A stretch of DNA of 63,016 nucleotides, counting the filler, from Phoronis australis (Eukaryota > Animalia > Phoronida): assembly GCA_002633005.1 (NCBI GenBank). It is 9 parts of 9 records of this genome, joined end to end, with 100 filler letters (N's around TTAATTAATTAA, not from the genome) between each part and the next. Parts side by side here need not be neighbours in the genome. Positions count along the whole stretch, not along the records: positions 24,299 to 28,876 come from NMRA01002547.1; positions 28,977 to 39,780 come from NMRA01001048.1; 7 more parts are not named here. One strand, 5' to 3'. Shown piece by piece: positions 24,299-36,169 of the stretch. Under the pieces are notes generated by a model, which saw only the letters and a list, made by a program, of their open reading frames with translations, was not told the origin of the DNA and made no database searches. The position numbers and the translations under genes were made by a program. How positions within the stretch are numbered: position 1 is the stretch's first letter; every line of letters starts with the position of its first letter.

Positions 24299-25029
24299 TT
24301 TTTCTTTGGCTCACTAGTATAGTCTTTTCATGACAGGAAGTTTAGTTTCCAACTTTGGCTGGTTTATGTTCGTGATGTCTTCAGTCCGGCTGCGATGGGC
24401 CTAATCGGGTTCCGAGCCACTGGCCGGGATAGCAAGCGTTTTGTGTGTTTAGAACTGAAAAAATCGCAAGTCTAAAATTACAACACACAGCTATGTTCTC
24501 CTGTCTGTATTTCACGGACGAATAATTTGAATTTACCACTGAACAGACCCCAAACTCCTGCGATCGACCTTGTTACATTGGTCTAAGTACCGAACTTTGT
24601 AAGCTATGGTACGTTCAAATACCTAAAAATCCGCAACACCGAAATGAAATAACACGTTTGTCCAATGACTCGATGTATTTGTAAGGGTCTTACATCGAAT
24701 TTTGATGATTTATTGGTATAAAACGATGAATTCAAGCAATAAGCCGGCACCAGTAAGCGTGTAGTGAACTGCTGAACAGACTGCATTCGAACCTCTGATG
24801 TCATTGGTTAATTTCAAAACCTCCATCTGCCACCATCCAGGTAAAAGAGTTGTACTTGCTGTTATCGAGTGGAACTACTCGATCTAAATTGATACAAACT
24901 AGGTTGTTTTTTGGGTGGCATTCTCCTTTAAATCCTCAATCATTTGTTGTTGGCAAAGATATGAGTACGTCAGGGGATATTACGTCAAACCACCTGCTGT
25001 GCGCAGTGTTAAAAATAACCAGTTACCGA

Positions 25030-25280
25030 TTTAGGGAAATGAACGAAGGACTGCTCAAAGAAAAAGTTTGATAACGGAAGTATTTGTTTGAGTTGGAATG
25101 AATTAAAGGCATTGACAGCCTCCTAGTCCTAAGCCTAGGAGGCTAGGTCTCACTCTTTGCACATGTCATAACACAACGTCACGTGTTGTTTTAGTCGATG
25201 TGAGGCATAATTTGCCGACCACCTATTACGGGAGCTACACCGCCTCTACCGATCGAGCTAGAGACGGTGGTGACTGTCTA
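25030..25280 (-). mobile_element. Solo diverged arm of the MULE-like MITE family
   Basis: GGACTGCTCAAAGAAAAAGTTTGATAACG...GGTGGTGACTGTCTA is the reverse complement of the family arm. Confidence 0.7.
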
Positions 25281-27889
25281 TCACTACTACACTACCACTC
25301 CACTACCAGTACATTAGTCATTATGGATATTAATTATTACGGTTCTTCATTCAACGCCACCGAGTTCCTCGGTTAGTTTACGTCATTCACCAAATCCAAA
25401 AACAATAAATCAGTCATTGCTACATAAAAAATAGCAGACCTCAATATTTCGATAAGATATTTCACTTATCAGAAGATCTTAAGTTAAAGACAGACAGCTC
25501 ACAAATGCTATAAAAACACATTTTCTTCGCATCTCTTACCGTCGTCCATTGTAGTAAACAGCGACACCTGTTGCCATTTCGTGAGGACATGTACTGGGTG
25601 TGTCAAAACCCGGCAATGAGATAAATATACGTAGTGTATAGCTCATTGGTCAAAACCATGTCTCTGTATCTGTCGATGTGTGTAACATCAACGGTATCAG
25701 ATGAGTTGCACTGTTTGTACGTAACCCCAGATACCGTCTATAATACGTGACATATAGTGACATCAGCACTGCCTAAACTGGCAAACTTTTTGTTTGCAAT
25801 CTCGACGAGGCTTGATCCAGTTTGCAAACAAAAGTGCATGTAGACAAGGCGGTGTTGCTAGGCAACGGAGCGGATTCAGCCGGCAACTAAACAAACTTGA
25901 GTAGGGTTTGTTTGAAGAAGCTTCAATTGACTTTACAAGGCTTGACTGCCGAAATCACCAAAAAATATCAGCAAACTTTGAGTAAGGTCGTGTTTACAAA
26001 CAACTTGTGGCAGACTCGGAGTTTGCCCGGTAACCCCACTTCTCTTATAGATCGCGCTTTCCAAAGTCAAATTAAATAACGAGACTCAATACTCGAACCC
26101 GGGGTGTATTTTTGTTGAAGCGCATTTAGTCTTTTGTAAATGTCGCGGTGGTTTATACCGCTCATAATTTCTTTTTTATTTTAGTGCTGTGTCTTTTTCA
26201 AGCTGATTTATTCCTGTAATTTTCTCAAGTTCATTGATAACGAGTGCTTGTCCCTTTGGTCATCTTTATACCAGTTTACATTGTCGGCAAACTGAAGGAA
26301 ATGTTTTTACTAAAAGTTTCTCATGATTCTTGAGGTAAATTTTCATGTATCTCATTATCCAATCTACTTCTGGTTTAGTATTTTCGGTCAGTACACATGT
26401 CACATAATAAAAGAAGCAATTAACCTGCAGTTTAAAACCATGGCCACCTAATTTAGCTGAGTATTCAAACAAGAGCATAGTTCTACACATAGTTTCAAAA
26501 ACATAGGTAATGCATGGGCAGTGCAGCACTGAAAAATGTGGGAGGCTAAAGCCCCCTCANNCCCCCCCCCCCCCCCCCTGACGTGGTGCATCGCCTATAC
26601 AGACCACGTGCGTGTAGCACTGAAAAAAAGTGGGGGCTAAAGCCCCTCAGCCCAATATGGCGCGCCGCCCAAAATGCAACTCTATGACAGCAGTTTCAAC
26701 TGTCTCGACACTCGCATTCATTATCACAGTCTCAGACTTCGTGAGCACTAATTTTTTAGCATTGTAACGTCTCAGTGCCTCCTCTGTCAAAGAACTTGTG
26801 TATTCGGGATACTTCTGCAAGCGCCAATAGCCAACTTGCAAAGATCGAACATTTGGATGTTGAAGTTGCTAGCTACAGTTGAAAGATGCATTCTACTGCG
26901 AACTTCTCAGTCGATCGGATCAGGTAGATATGCGTTCCTTGTTTCCTAGCCTGACGTCATACGCTCACGTACAATATCTGCCGAACCTGACCTTAAGTCG
27001 AAAATTTTTTTCGATTCTTCTAGATCTCGTAACTAGCCCTGCTTGGCAGCCGGAAAACGCTTACTGTCAAACGGAGGTCTAAAGCAAGTTTGCATGCCCT
27101 GAAATTTGAGTGGGTTGTACCCGGACGTGCTTTTTGGAAAGTACTGGTGTTTCACCAATTGAGAACCACAAAGTTTGTTTTGCATCGAAAATTCTACTCC
27201 TTACAACATTGTCGTCCAGCCACCGTTCAGTGGACGTCACCTGATTGCCGAGATACGCTAAAATGAGCGCCCGTGCACACTCGTGAAAACTGGCCATTCA
27301 CTTGTACGATTTTGCGTTTGGCGAAAACTCTGTTTTTCCGATATATTCTTATGTTTACAGAACGCACCAAGGACAAACTGCAGTTTATTCATTATCGTGC
27401 CAGCTCCGATATGTGCCAGTTCAAGAACCTGCACCGGATCGAGTGTCGAACTCAGTACAAATGACAAAGAAAATGCTGAATATTAAAGGAATTAAAATGA
27501 CAGCCAGTGCTTTCATTAATCCATCAAATCTCCCATTTTTGCTTTGCATAAACCCATAGACAAAAGCTTGGGGAACATTTAGTTCTCTCTCTTGTCATAG
27601 TGTGAGCGACAAGTTAGAAGCTAAAACTGCGGCTTAAAAAACGACTTAACCGCGAACTTTTATTTGTAAATGAATGGGCGGAAATTCTAACTACAGCAAG
27701 TCTGTCGAACTGCAGGTTTTGGTGGTTAGTGACAATTTTAGTCAGTCACGGTGTGAAAAATGTACTCGGCAGAATACATAAAATGGGCTAATCACAATCG
27801 TAAAAAATATTCGAAAATTAAATTGCTGTTAGGTATTGTATTAAAGCATGACTACGTTGAACTCCCTTTTGTCGCATTTTTATGGTTTG

Positions 27890-28150
27890 CTATACGTGTG
27901 TTTTTCCTGATCCAGAACTGTTAAATTCACTTCCACTTTCGGATCCGTGGCCCATACTCGACTCTTCAACACTTGACCTTGAACTGACTGAAGGCTCGGT
28001 ATCGGGGTGGGAACTGTGCCCTGTGACGTCACTGTCACCACGTGAAGCGAGCTCGGTCACGTCGGTATCTTGCTGTGTCAGCGACGCCGGGTGTTCGCCT
28101 AACTCTTCCAGCATTTCCCGTATCTCGTCTTCACGTTGTATTCTTTTTAA
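27890..28150 (-). CDS. Probable terminal coding exon of an unidentified gene (LKRIQREDEIREMLEELGEHP..., Ser/Glu-rich tail)
   Basis: CTTTCAG acceptor at 28151, 87 codons to TAG, GC-richer than its flanks. Confidence 0.6.
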   Translation of the reverse strand, partial: LKRIQREDEIREMLEELGEHPASLTQQDTDVTELASRGDSDVTGHSSHPDTEPSVSSRSSVEESSMGHGSESGSEFNSSGSGKTHV

Positions 28151-28296
28151 CTGAAAGCATGAATGAATGTCTTTGCAATCCTAACACAAATTGCTTATTA
28201 CTAACTATTAGTAAATGATATAGCTTGGTATTAGCCTTTTGTTACCACAAACTTGTTTGAACACGCGGCTGAACTTTCGTGGACAACTTCATGATG

Positions 28297-28505
28297 TAAA
28301 CAGTGACCACCGTCTCTACTAGCTGGCACCGCCAGTAGGAGGGTGGAGCTCCTAGGTGCATACGCCGGAAGCTTTTCGGCAATGCCTAGCACTGACTAAG
28401 ACATCAAAGTCACGTTGTTAAACACCTTTTGCGCATAGATGGACACCATAGGAGGCGTATGAAGCGTATGAAGCGCCTATAGGAGCTCCACTGACTCTAC
28501 TGTCT
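28297..28505 (+). mobile_element. Short diverged derivative of the MULE-like MITE family
   Basis: CAGTGACCACCGTCTCTAC...CCGGAAGCTTTTCGGC...ACATCAAAGTCACGTTGTTA; CTTCATGATGTAAAC is repeated on both sides. Confidence 0.65.
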
Positions 28506-28876
28506 ACTTCATGATGTAAACTCGCTCATACACTCTGTACAGTTTCCGATTTTTAATGTCCAAGTTGTAATACAAATTGCCAACAAGTTCAAATAATAGT
28601 AGCCCTATTTCAAGAGATGGCACGTGTCTCATCCTCGGGGCACATGGTAAAATGAACGTGGTGGAATGGAAATAAAGAGCGATATAAACGGAGACAACAG
28701 GTAGAACGGTACACAAACAAAGACTGAGTAAACTGGCCCACGGTAGGAAGCCCACAAACGAACGGAGCTGGCTCTCGAAATATAATTATTATATTGACTT
28801 GTTTGTTAATATCTATTGACAATTTGCTTTACAAATGCACACCGGAAGATCGGAATTGTAGCCAACAGAAAGTACG

Positions 28877-28976
28877 NNNNNNNNNNNNNNNNNNNNNNNN
28901 NNNNNNNNNNNNNNNNNNNNTTAATTAATTAANNNNNNNNNNNNNNNNNNNNNNNNNNNNNNNNNNNNNNNNNNNN
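28877..28976. other. Artificial contig-joining spacer
   Basis: N44-TTAATTAATTAA-N44. Confidence 0.97.
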
Positions 28977-29288
28977 ATTGCTGGGGGTGGGGGGTTACGC
29001 GTCGGAATCATGGACGCCCTGGAATATTGGAAACCCCATTTTGGACACCCTATTTTCAAAATCCTGGATAAAGGCCTGGTTCTGACCTTGAAAGTAATGA
29101 TTGTCGTTCAATGATAAAGTGGTAACAAAAACTTGTGCTTCAGCTCACATTTAATTCCTTTCACACTTCCATATTTTAAATCTACCTGAGTTTCATACAT
29201 TGGAAGTGGTCATGCTCATACAGATTCACTAAATACAGTGAACCATTTGCCTTTTCCCTTTATTTTTGATTTTTAATGTATTTTGCAG

Positions 29289-29352
29289 CCCATGTCTAAG
29301 AGAATTCCCCAAAACCCCAAGTATAAGGATGTACTGCCAACCATAGACACAG
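29289..29352 (+). CDS. CEP41: Centrosomal protein 41 kDa, N-terminal exon (PMSKRIPQNPKYKDVLPTIDTG)
   Basis: TTTTGCAG / GTAATG, 64 nt; matches recalled human CEP41 KRIPQNPRYQHIKSRLDTG; not in the ORF track. Confidence 0.85.
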
Positions 29353-29853
29353 GTAATGTGACCTACATCTCAATAATGTCATGTTCACAATTTGTGATTA
29401 AAGATGTTATGAATTAGTCTTTTGGTATGATTAACGGGTCTCTACTTTTGTTTTGAGGGCTTGGGAAGGCTAACAGTTTGTTATTACTTGACACCATGGT
29501 CTGAACGCGAACTGACCCGCCTGGTCAAGCCAACTTTTGACCCTACGGTAGTTTCTGCTAGCAACGAGGTGTCAATACAAAAATCGCTTCTAATCTGAAT
29601 ACTTTCCTACTTCACAAGTTTTTTTTTATCAGCAGAAATTTCATAGTTTATTTACTTTAATTAAACGTCTTTGAGAAGCATTGTAAGATTTAAAAATGAA
29701 TTGAAAGTTTTTAAATCACATATCTATTTCTTAGATTTTCATTATTTTTGTGAATTCTATATTTTTATGGATTCTAATTTTTATATTCTGTGTTCTGCTC
29801 TTGATTTTAAGTGAAGTGGCTTATCATTTTAACTCTTCTTACTTTTGGTTAAG

Positions 29854-29901
29854 GTGCAAGTATGTCCAAATACATGAAGAAAATTGAAGATCTCAGACTG
29901 A
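29854..29901 (+). CDS. CEP41: CEP41 next exon (GASMSKYMKKIEDLRL)
   Basis: AAG / GTAAGT, 48 nt, phase 1 to 1; matches recalled GNSMTKYTEKLEEIKK. Confidence 0.82.
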
Positions 29902-30201
29902 GTAAGTTTTACGTGTTTGATGATTAAAATAGGACTTCACTGTTTCGCTGTAGCAACCTCTTATGATTAGGCGAATGTGCATTCTTTGTTTTTGAATCAC
30001 TTATCTAGTACCCCCATCTATTATGTAATTATCTGAGTGCTATAATCTCAGAGGAAAGTAACACTTTCCATTTTAAAAAGGGAATTTCCACTCATTCCCT
30101 TTTTGTGCCTGAAAAATTGCAGATTTTTTCTGCGCCTAGATTTCCATAATTTTGGCTTAAAAATTGATATATTCCATTGAATTTGAGCCTTCTGTTAATC
30201 A

Positions 30202-30730
30202 AGCGCAGAAATTTCTGCGCTGGAATTCTGCTGGGTGCAGAAATTTCTGCGCTGGAATCCTGGGCAGAAATACATGCGCTGGAATTCTGCGCAGAAATTT
30301 CTGCGCTGGAACTCTGCTGTGCGCAGAAATTTCTGCGCTGGAATCCTGCGCAGAAATTTCTGCGCTCTAATTCTGTGCGCAGAAATTTCTGCGCTGGAAT
30401 TCTGTGCAGAAATTTCTGTGGTGGAATTCTGTGCAGAAATTTCTGCGCTGGAATTCTGTGCAGAAATTTCTGCGCTGAAATTCTGCTGTGCGCAGAAATT
30501 TCTGCGCTGGAATTCTGTGCAGAAATTTCTGCGCTGAAATTCTGCTGTGCGCAGAAATTTCTGCGCTGGAATTCTGCTGTGCGCAGAAATTTCTGCGCTG
30601 GAATTCTGTGCGCAGAAATTTCTGCGCTGGAATCCTGCTGTGCGCAGAAATTTCTGCGCTGGTATTCTGTGCAGAAATTTCTGTGCTGGAATTCTGCATA
30701 GAAATTTCTGAATTCTGAGTAGAAATTTCG
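30202..30730. repeat. Palindromic satellite array 1 (units about 28-33 bp)
   Basis: Repeats of GCAGAAATTTCTGCGCTGGAATTCTG(CTG)T(GC); core GCGCAGAAATTTCTGCGC is a perfect palindrome. Confidence 0.97.
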
Positions 30731-31335
30731 GCTTTTATTATTTAAAAGCCATTTCAGTGAATCTCAGAAACAATTCCAATACGGAATGTAATAAACATGG
30801 CGTTTTTGAGATTTATTTGACACAAACATGTAATTACTCTACAGAAAGTGCAACAGTAACTGTGTAACCATTGTATGATTCATGAATTTCTGTCGAACGC
30901 ACATGCAGCAATACACTTGAAGAATTGTTAACGTTCCATATTGCTCATGATAAAACCATAGAATGAATAGTCTTCATTGATTGCTGCAATAGGAAGATTC
31001 ATCACTGTTTAACTCTCAGAAAGAAGTCACAAAATTTGCAAGGAATATCAGCCCTGGTAAAGTATGGATCATTTTTGGCAACTCCATACAAAATCTGTCA
31101 GGCAACAGAATTGTTGTTATAGCTTTGAGGTACCTAACCACTTGGACCGTCATGGTGATAAAGCTCAAGTTTTGTCGTCATTATCAAACTACTACTTTTG
31201 AAATTATAGGAGTTCTGACTAAACGTACTCACTATTGAGTTTTGCATATTTTCAAGCTAATGATGGTTAGAACTCACAAGTTTTTGATTTCAGGTAATAC
31301 TTGTTGCCATTTAGTACAGGTAAAGCATATTCCAT

Positions 31336-31689
31336 AGACCCTATTCACACCGACAGGAGGCGCGTTCCAAAACGAGGCTCGCTACGATAGCTCTGGTGGC
31401 TTATCCGCATAGTTGTACGACGCGTTACTCGAACAGCTGGAAAAAATACGGACACTCTGTTTTACAATCCCTAAGGACGTTGGGATTCGGAAGCGTTGGG
31501 TCCTTGCCATACACCGCGACCAAGGAAAATATGTCCGTGTAAAATTTATAACTGTTTTCAAATCATAATTTGTTGCATCTTGGACTGGATGCCGCCATAG
31601 CAACGAGGATCCAAGAATCTTCGGCCAGCCAGGCTGTGTTTTCATGACTATGGGTTGAAGCGTGATGCATTTTTCTTTACAAAAAGGAC
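31336..31689 (+). mobile_element. Left end of the ISL2EU-like element (duplicate copy, cut at N31690)
   Basis: Near-identical to 32851-33204. Confidence 0.6.
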
Positions 31690-31690
31690 N

Positions 31691-32245
31691 GCAGAAATTT
31701 CTGCCCTGGAATCCTGCTGAGCGCAGAAATTTCTGCGCTGGAATTCTGTGCGCAGAAATTTCTGCGCTGGAATCCTGCGCAGAAATTTCTGCGCTCTAAT
31801 TCTGTGCGCAGAAATTTCTGCGCTGGAATTGTGTGCAAAAATTTCTACGCTGGAATTCTGTGCAGAAATTTCTGCGCTGGAATTCGGTGCAGAAATTTCT
31901 GCGCTGAAATTCTGCTGTGCGCAGAAATTTCTGCGCTGGAATTCTGCTGTGCGCAGAAATTTCTGCGCTAGAATTCTGTGCGCAGAAATTTCTGCGCTGG
32001 AATTCTGTGCAGAAATTTCTGCGCTGAAATTCTGCTGTGCGCAGAAATTTCTGCGCTAGAATTCTGTGCAGAAATTTCTGCGCTGGAATTCTGTGCAGAA
32101 ATTTCTGCGCTGAAATTTTGCTGTGCGCAGAAATTTCTGCTTTGGACTTCTGCTGTGCACAGAAATTTCTGCGCTGGTATTCTGTGTAGAAATTTCTGCG
32201 CTGGAATTCTGCATAGAAATTTCTGAATTCTGAGTAGAAATTTTG
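31691..32245. repeat. Palindromic satellite array 2 (part of a 1.5-kb duplication)
   Basis: Same unit as array 1; the unique sequence after each array (30730-31689 vs 32245-33204) is near-identical. Confidence 0.95.
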
Positions 32246-33387
32246 GCTTTTATTATTTAAAAGCCATTTCAGTGAATCTCAGAAACAATTCCAATACGGA
32301 ATGTAATAAACATGGCATTTTTGAGATTTATTTGACACAAACATGTAATTACTCTACAGAAAGTGCAACAGTAACTGTGTAATCATTGTATGATTCATGA
32401 ATTTCTGTCGAACGCACATGCAGCAATACATTTGAAGAATTGTTAATGTTTCATATTACTCATGATAAAACCATAGAATGAATAGTCTTCATTGATTGCT
32501 GCAATAGGAAGATTCATCACTGTTTAACTCTCAGAAATAAGTCACAAAATTTGCAAGGAATATCAGCCCTGGTAAAGTATGGATCATTTTTGGCAACTCC
32601 ATACAAAATCTGTCAGGCAACAGAATTGTTGTTATAGCTTTGAGGTACTTAACCACTTGGACCGTCATGGTGATAAAGCTCAAGTTTTGTCGTCTTTATC
32701 AAACTACTACTTTTGAAATTATAGGAGTTCTGACTAAACGTACTCACTATTGAGTTTTGCATATTTTCAGGCTAATGATGGTTAGAACTCACAAGTTTTT
32801 GATTTCAGGTAATACTTGTTGCCATTTAGTACAGGTAAAGCATATTCCATAGACCCTATTCACACCGACAGGAGGCGCGTTTCAAAACGAGGCTCGCTAC
32901 GATAGCTCTGGTGGCTTATCCGCGTAGTTGTACGACGCGTTACTCGAACAGCTAGAAAAAATACGGACACTCTGTTTTACAATCCCTAAGGACGTTGGGA
33001 TTCGGAAGCGTTGGGTCCTTGCCATACGCCGCGACCAAGGAAAATATGTCCGTGTAAAATTTATAGCTGTTTTCAAATCATAATTTGTTGCATCTCGGAC
33101 TGGATGCCGCCATAGCAACGAGGATCCGAGAATCTTCGGCCAGCCAGGCTGTGTTTTCATGACTATGGGTTGAAGCGTGATGCATTTTTCTTTACAAAAA
33201 GGACAGGGCCCTCAATCCCTCAATTTTGGGGCCAAATATCGGCCCTATTCCCCTCTCAAAAATATTGAAAAATCACGCGAAATTCCCGGCCATGAGGCCT
33301 AAAAATCCCCTTTGTGATTGAAAATTTCTCTCCAACGGTTCAAATCACCTGTGACCACAGAGGTGACAATTTGAAAAAGTACAAAAT

Positions 33388-34065
33388 CATAGGCGGATTT
33401 AGGGGGGGGGCCGCCCCCCTTGACTGCCGCAAGCAAAATAAACCNNNNNNNNNNNNNNNNNNNNNNNNNNNNNNNNNNNNNNNNNNNNNNNNNNNNNNNN
33501 NNNNNNNNNNNNNNNNNNNNNNNNNNNNNNNNNNNNNNNNNNNNNNNNNNNNNNNNNNNNNNNNNNNNNNNNNNNNNNNNNNNNNNNNNNNNNNNNNNNN
33601 NNNNNNNNNNNNNNNNNNNNNNNNNNNNNNNNNNNNNNNNNNNNNNNNNNNNNNNNNNNNNNNNNNNNNNNNNNNNNNNNNNNNNNNNNNNNNNNNNNNN
33701 NNNNNNNNNNNNNNNNNNNNNNNNNNNNNNNNNNNNNNNNNNNNNNNNNNNNNNNNNNNNNNNNNNNNNNNNNNNNNNNNNNNNNNNNNNNNNNNNNNNN
33801 NNNNNNNNNNNNNNNNNNNNNNNNNNNNNNNNNNNNNNNNNNNNNNNNNNNNNNNNNNNNNNNNNNNNNNNNNNNNNNNNNNNNNNNNNNNNNNNNNNNN
33901 NNNNNNNNNNNNNNNNNNNNNNNGGGGGGGGGGCAAGGCAGAGTATTAGCCAGGATTTTGCCCGTCAGAAATTCACGCTCGTGAACTGCCAAATGGAATC
34001 TGGGAGAATTTTAGGGAGGGGGGGCTGGGGCATAGCCCCTTGGCTCCCCTCTAAATCCGCCACTG
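33388..34065. mobile_element. hAT-like MITE spanning a scaffold gap
   Basis: CATAGGCGGATTTAGGGGG ... CCCCTCTAAATCCGCCACTG inverted ends. Confidence 0.55.
33445..33923. other. Sized scaffold gap (479 N)
   Basis: Run of N without the TTAATTAATTAA tag. Confidence 0.98.
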
Positions 34066-36169
34066 TGTTTTGTCCAGTTAACTGAAATTGAGCTCTAAAA
34101 CAAACTTATGCTTTGGACGAAAGAATTAGGTGTTTTAATTTTAAAGTTCAACTTGGTCGAGATTGATATTTGAAAAATAGAACACATGAAATAGACGTAA
34201 TTATTAAAACCAAGAAAGCAGAATTTATGGTCATATGATTTTTATTTTCAATTGCGAGCCTAGTCTTTTATCGTAATCAAAATATATATTTAATAACATC
34301 AAGTATTATTTCAGATCAATGACAAATCAACTGTTAGTCCTGGTAGTGCCTACCTCACCAGGACCTAGGCTATGCTTGAAGCTAATAGGCCTACTCTTGA
34401 TCAACAAATTAAACCAGATGAGACTAATTGCACATGACAGCAAAATGCTATGAGCCACCACTGCCGAATATATCTTCAACTCGTCAACAATATGACCAGA
34501 TGACCTGGTTCGTGTAGAAAGCATTTTTATCAAGAATTTATTAGAAGAAACGTAACCCTGCATTCAGCACGATACCTAATCCGTAACACTACGATCGCTG
34601 CAATTTGGTCATGTTTACTTTTCATGTTTCGAACCTAGTTTTCCAGAAAAAAACCTATATATGCTTTCGTCAGACAACTCTTTGGTGCATTGACTTGTTC
34701 TCTAACTGTATTTTCTACGTCTCTGTGGATTATTATTGACACATTTCTTTAAGATTTAATATTCAGGTTGGACTCCAAAGGCTGGCCATTTAACTCACAC
34801 AATGTAAATTTCCGTTTAGTTTATCGCAGTGAGCCTCGCTTTGGATTTTAATGTCCGCCACGTGAATAGAGTCTATTGAATTAGGACTTCACATACATTT
34901 AATTCTGAAGTTCTATCATAGATAGTTTTAAGGTTTTCTTATGACCTTAAACAAAAGTCACAAAGTTGCTTGCTATATCTTATAAAATACATGCATCAAA
35001 GTTATCATTTAAGTCAGTGTAGAAAAGCTTCCCATTCCCATGCAAAGGAGGTCAATTAAAAAAATGTCAGCATGTCATCCACTCTGATATGGTTGACCCA
35101 AAACTTTCAAAACAGGGTCCTTTCCTCACCTGCAAGAAATGATTTTACAACTTGTTCTTGTAGAAACGGCAATGGCTTCAATAGCTAGTAGGAATCTTTT
35201 TGAAACCAGTTTGTTAGACAAATTTATGTTATGATTTTTATATTTAGGTTATCATTGCTGAGGAAGCTTCCTGTAACAACATACGTGGACACTTTCAAGC
35301 CACAAAAGCGACTTACACCTTAGATATAAAGCTGGGATCAAACATCACCAGACTGTTCACCATTGTTCACAGAATATCAAGTTAGTGGTTGCACTACTAA
35401 CTGAATCACAAAACTAGAAGTTTACATAACAAAATGCCCTGAATTTATTTCCTTTTCCTAATGAGAGATTGTCTTTGAGTGTCAGACTGATGCTGTTTAC
35501 AATCAAATAGTACACCCAGAAGAACCAGCTACAAATTCATGAGAGGGCACACATGGGATAAAGCAGCTTGAGCGAACTGGCCAAAAAATAGAAGAGTTCA
35601 ACTAAACTGTTGAGGCTGTTGTCCACCATTTCTGTTTTCTTTGTTTCAACACTGTTCAATTTGTAGTTCTTTACTGCAATGAGAAATTCTATGTATCAAC
35701 ACGAATGCTGTCACAGTATGACAAACATAACTTCATTCTTATATTTGCTTTCCATTTTTGTATAAAAAGCTCACACACTTTTTCATGTAATTTTTTTAAT
35801 TACTTATTTGACAAAAGATTCTGTGACCAAATCATTCAAAAAATTTTCATTGGTTCCCACATACCTTTTCATGGTGCATAACAGTGAAGATGAAGCATCA
35901 TCGTTTTGATGTCCCTGCTCATCCAACTACAATCTGTTGAATAAAATAGAACAAGCATTTCATATTGCGCCTTACAAAAGCTGTTAAAATTTGTTGATTA
36001 TTTAGGAGACATTGCCTTACCAGCTCCATCAAAAGTAGTGAGAAAAAATATACATGTTCTGGTCAGGAGCACAAAATGTAAATTGTACAGGCCATCTCAG
36101 ATGGACAGCTCCAGGTTAAGATGTTTGTCTCAATTGCACAACTAACAAGGAATGACAATAGGACAAACA

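Larger units (their letters stand above)
32851..34874 (+). mobile_element. Non-autonomous ISL2EU/Harbinger-group element with a THAP-domain remnant
   Basis: AT|AGACCCTATTCAC ... GTGAATAGAGTCT|AT (TIR plus AT TSD); internal FTIPKDVGIRKRWVLAIRRDQG resembles THAP F..P.D...R..W..AIRR. Confidence 0.6.

Noticed and set aside
30164-32226. ORFs encoding CAEISALEF / RRNFCAGIL / AQKFLRWN repeat proteins
   Set aside because: Translations of a stop-poor palindromic satellite, open in several frames and both strands; no splice or start context
30202-32245. CRISPR array (palindromic repeats of about 30 bp)
   Set aside because: No unique spacers, no cas genes, eukaryotic intron-exon context
33314-34085. 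ORFs of about 200 aa
   Set aside because: Composed of X residues from the N gap
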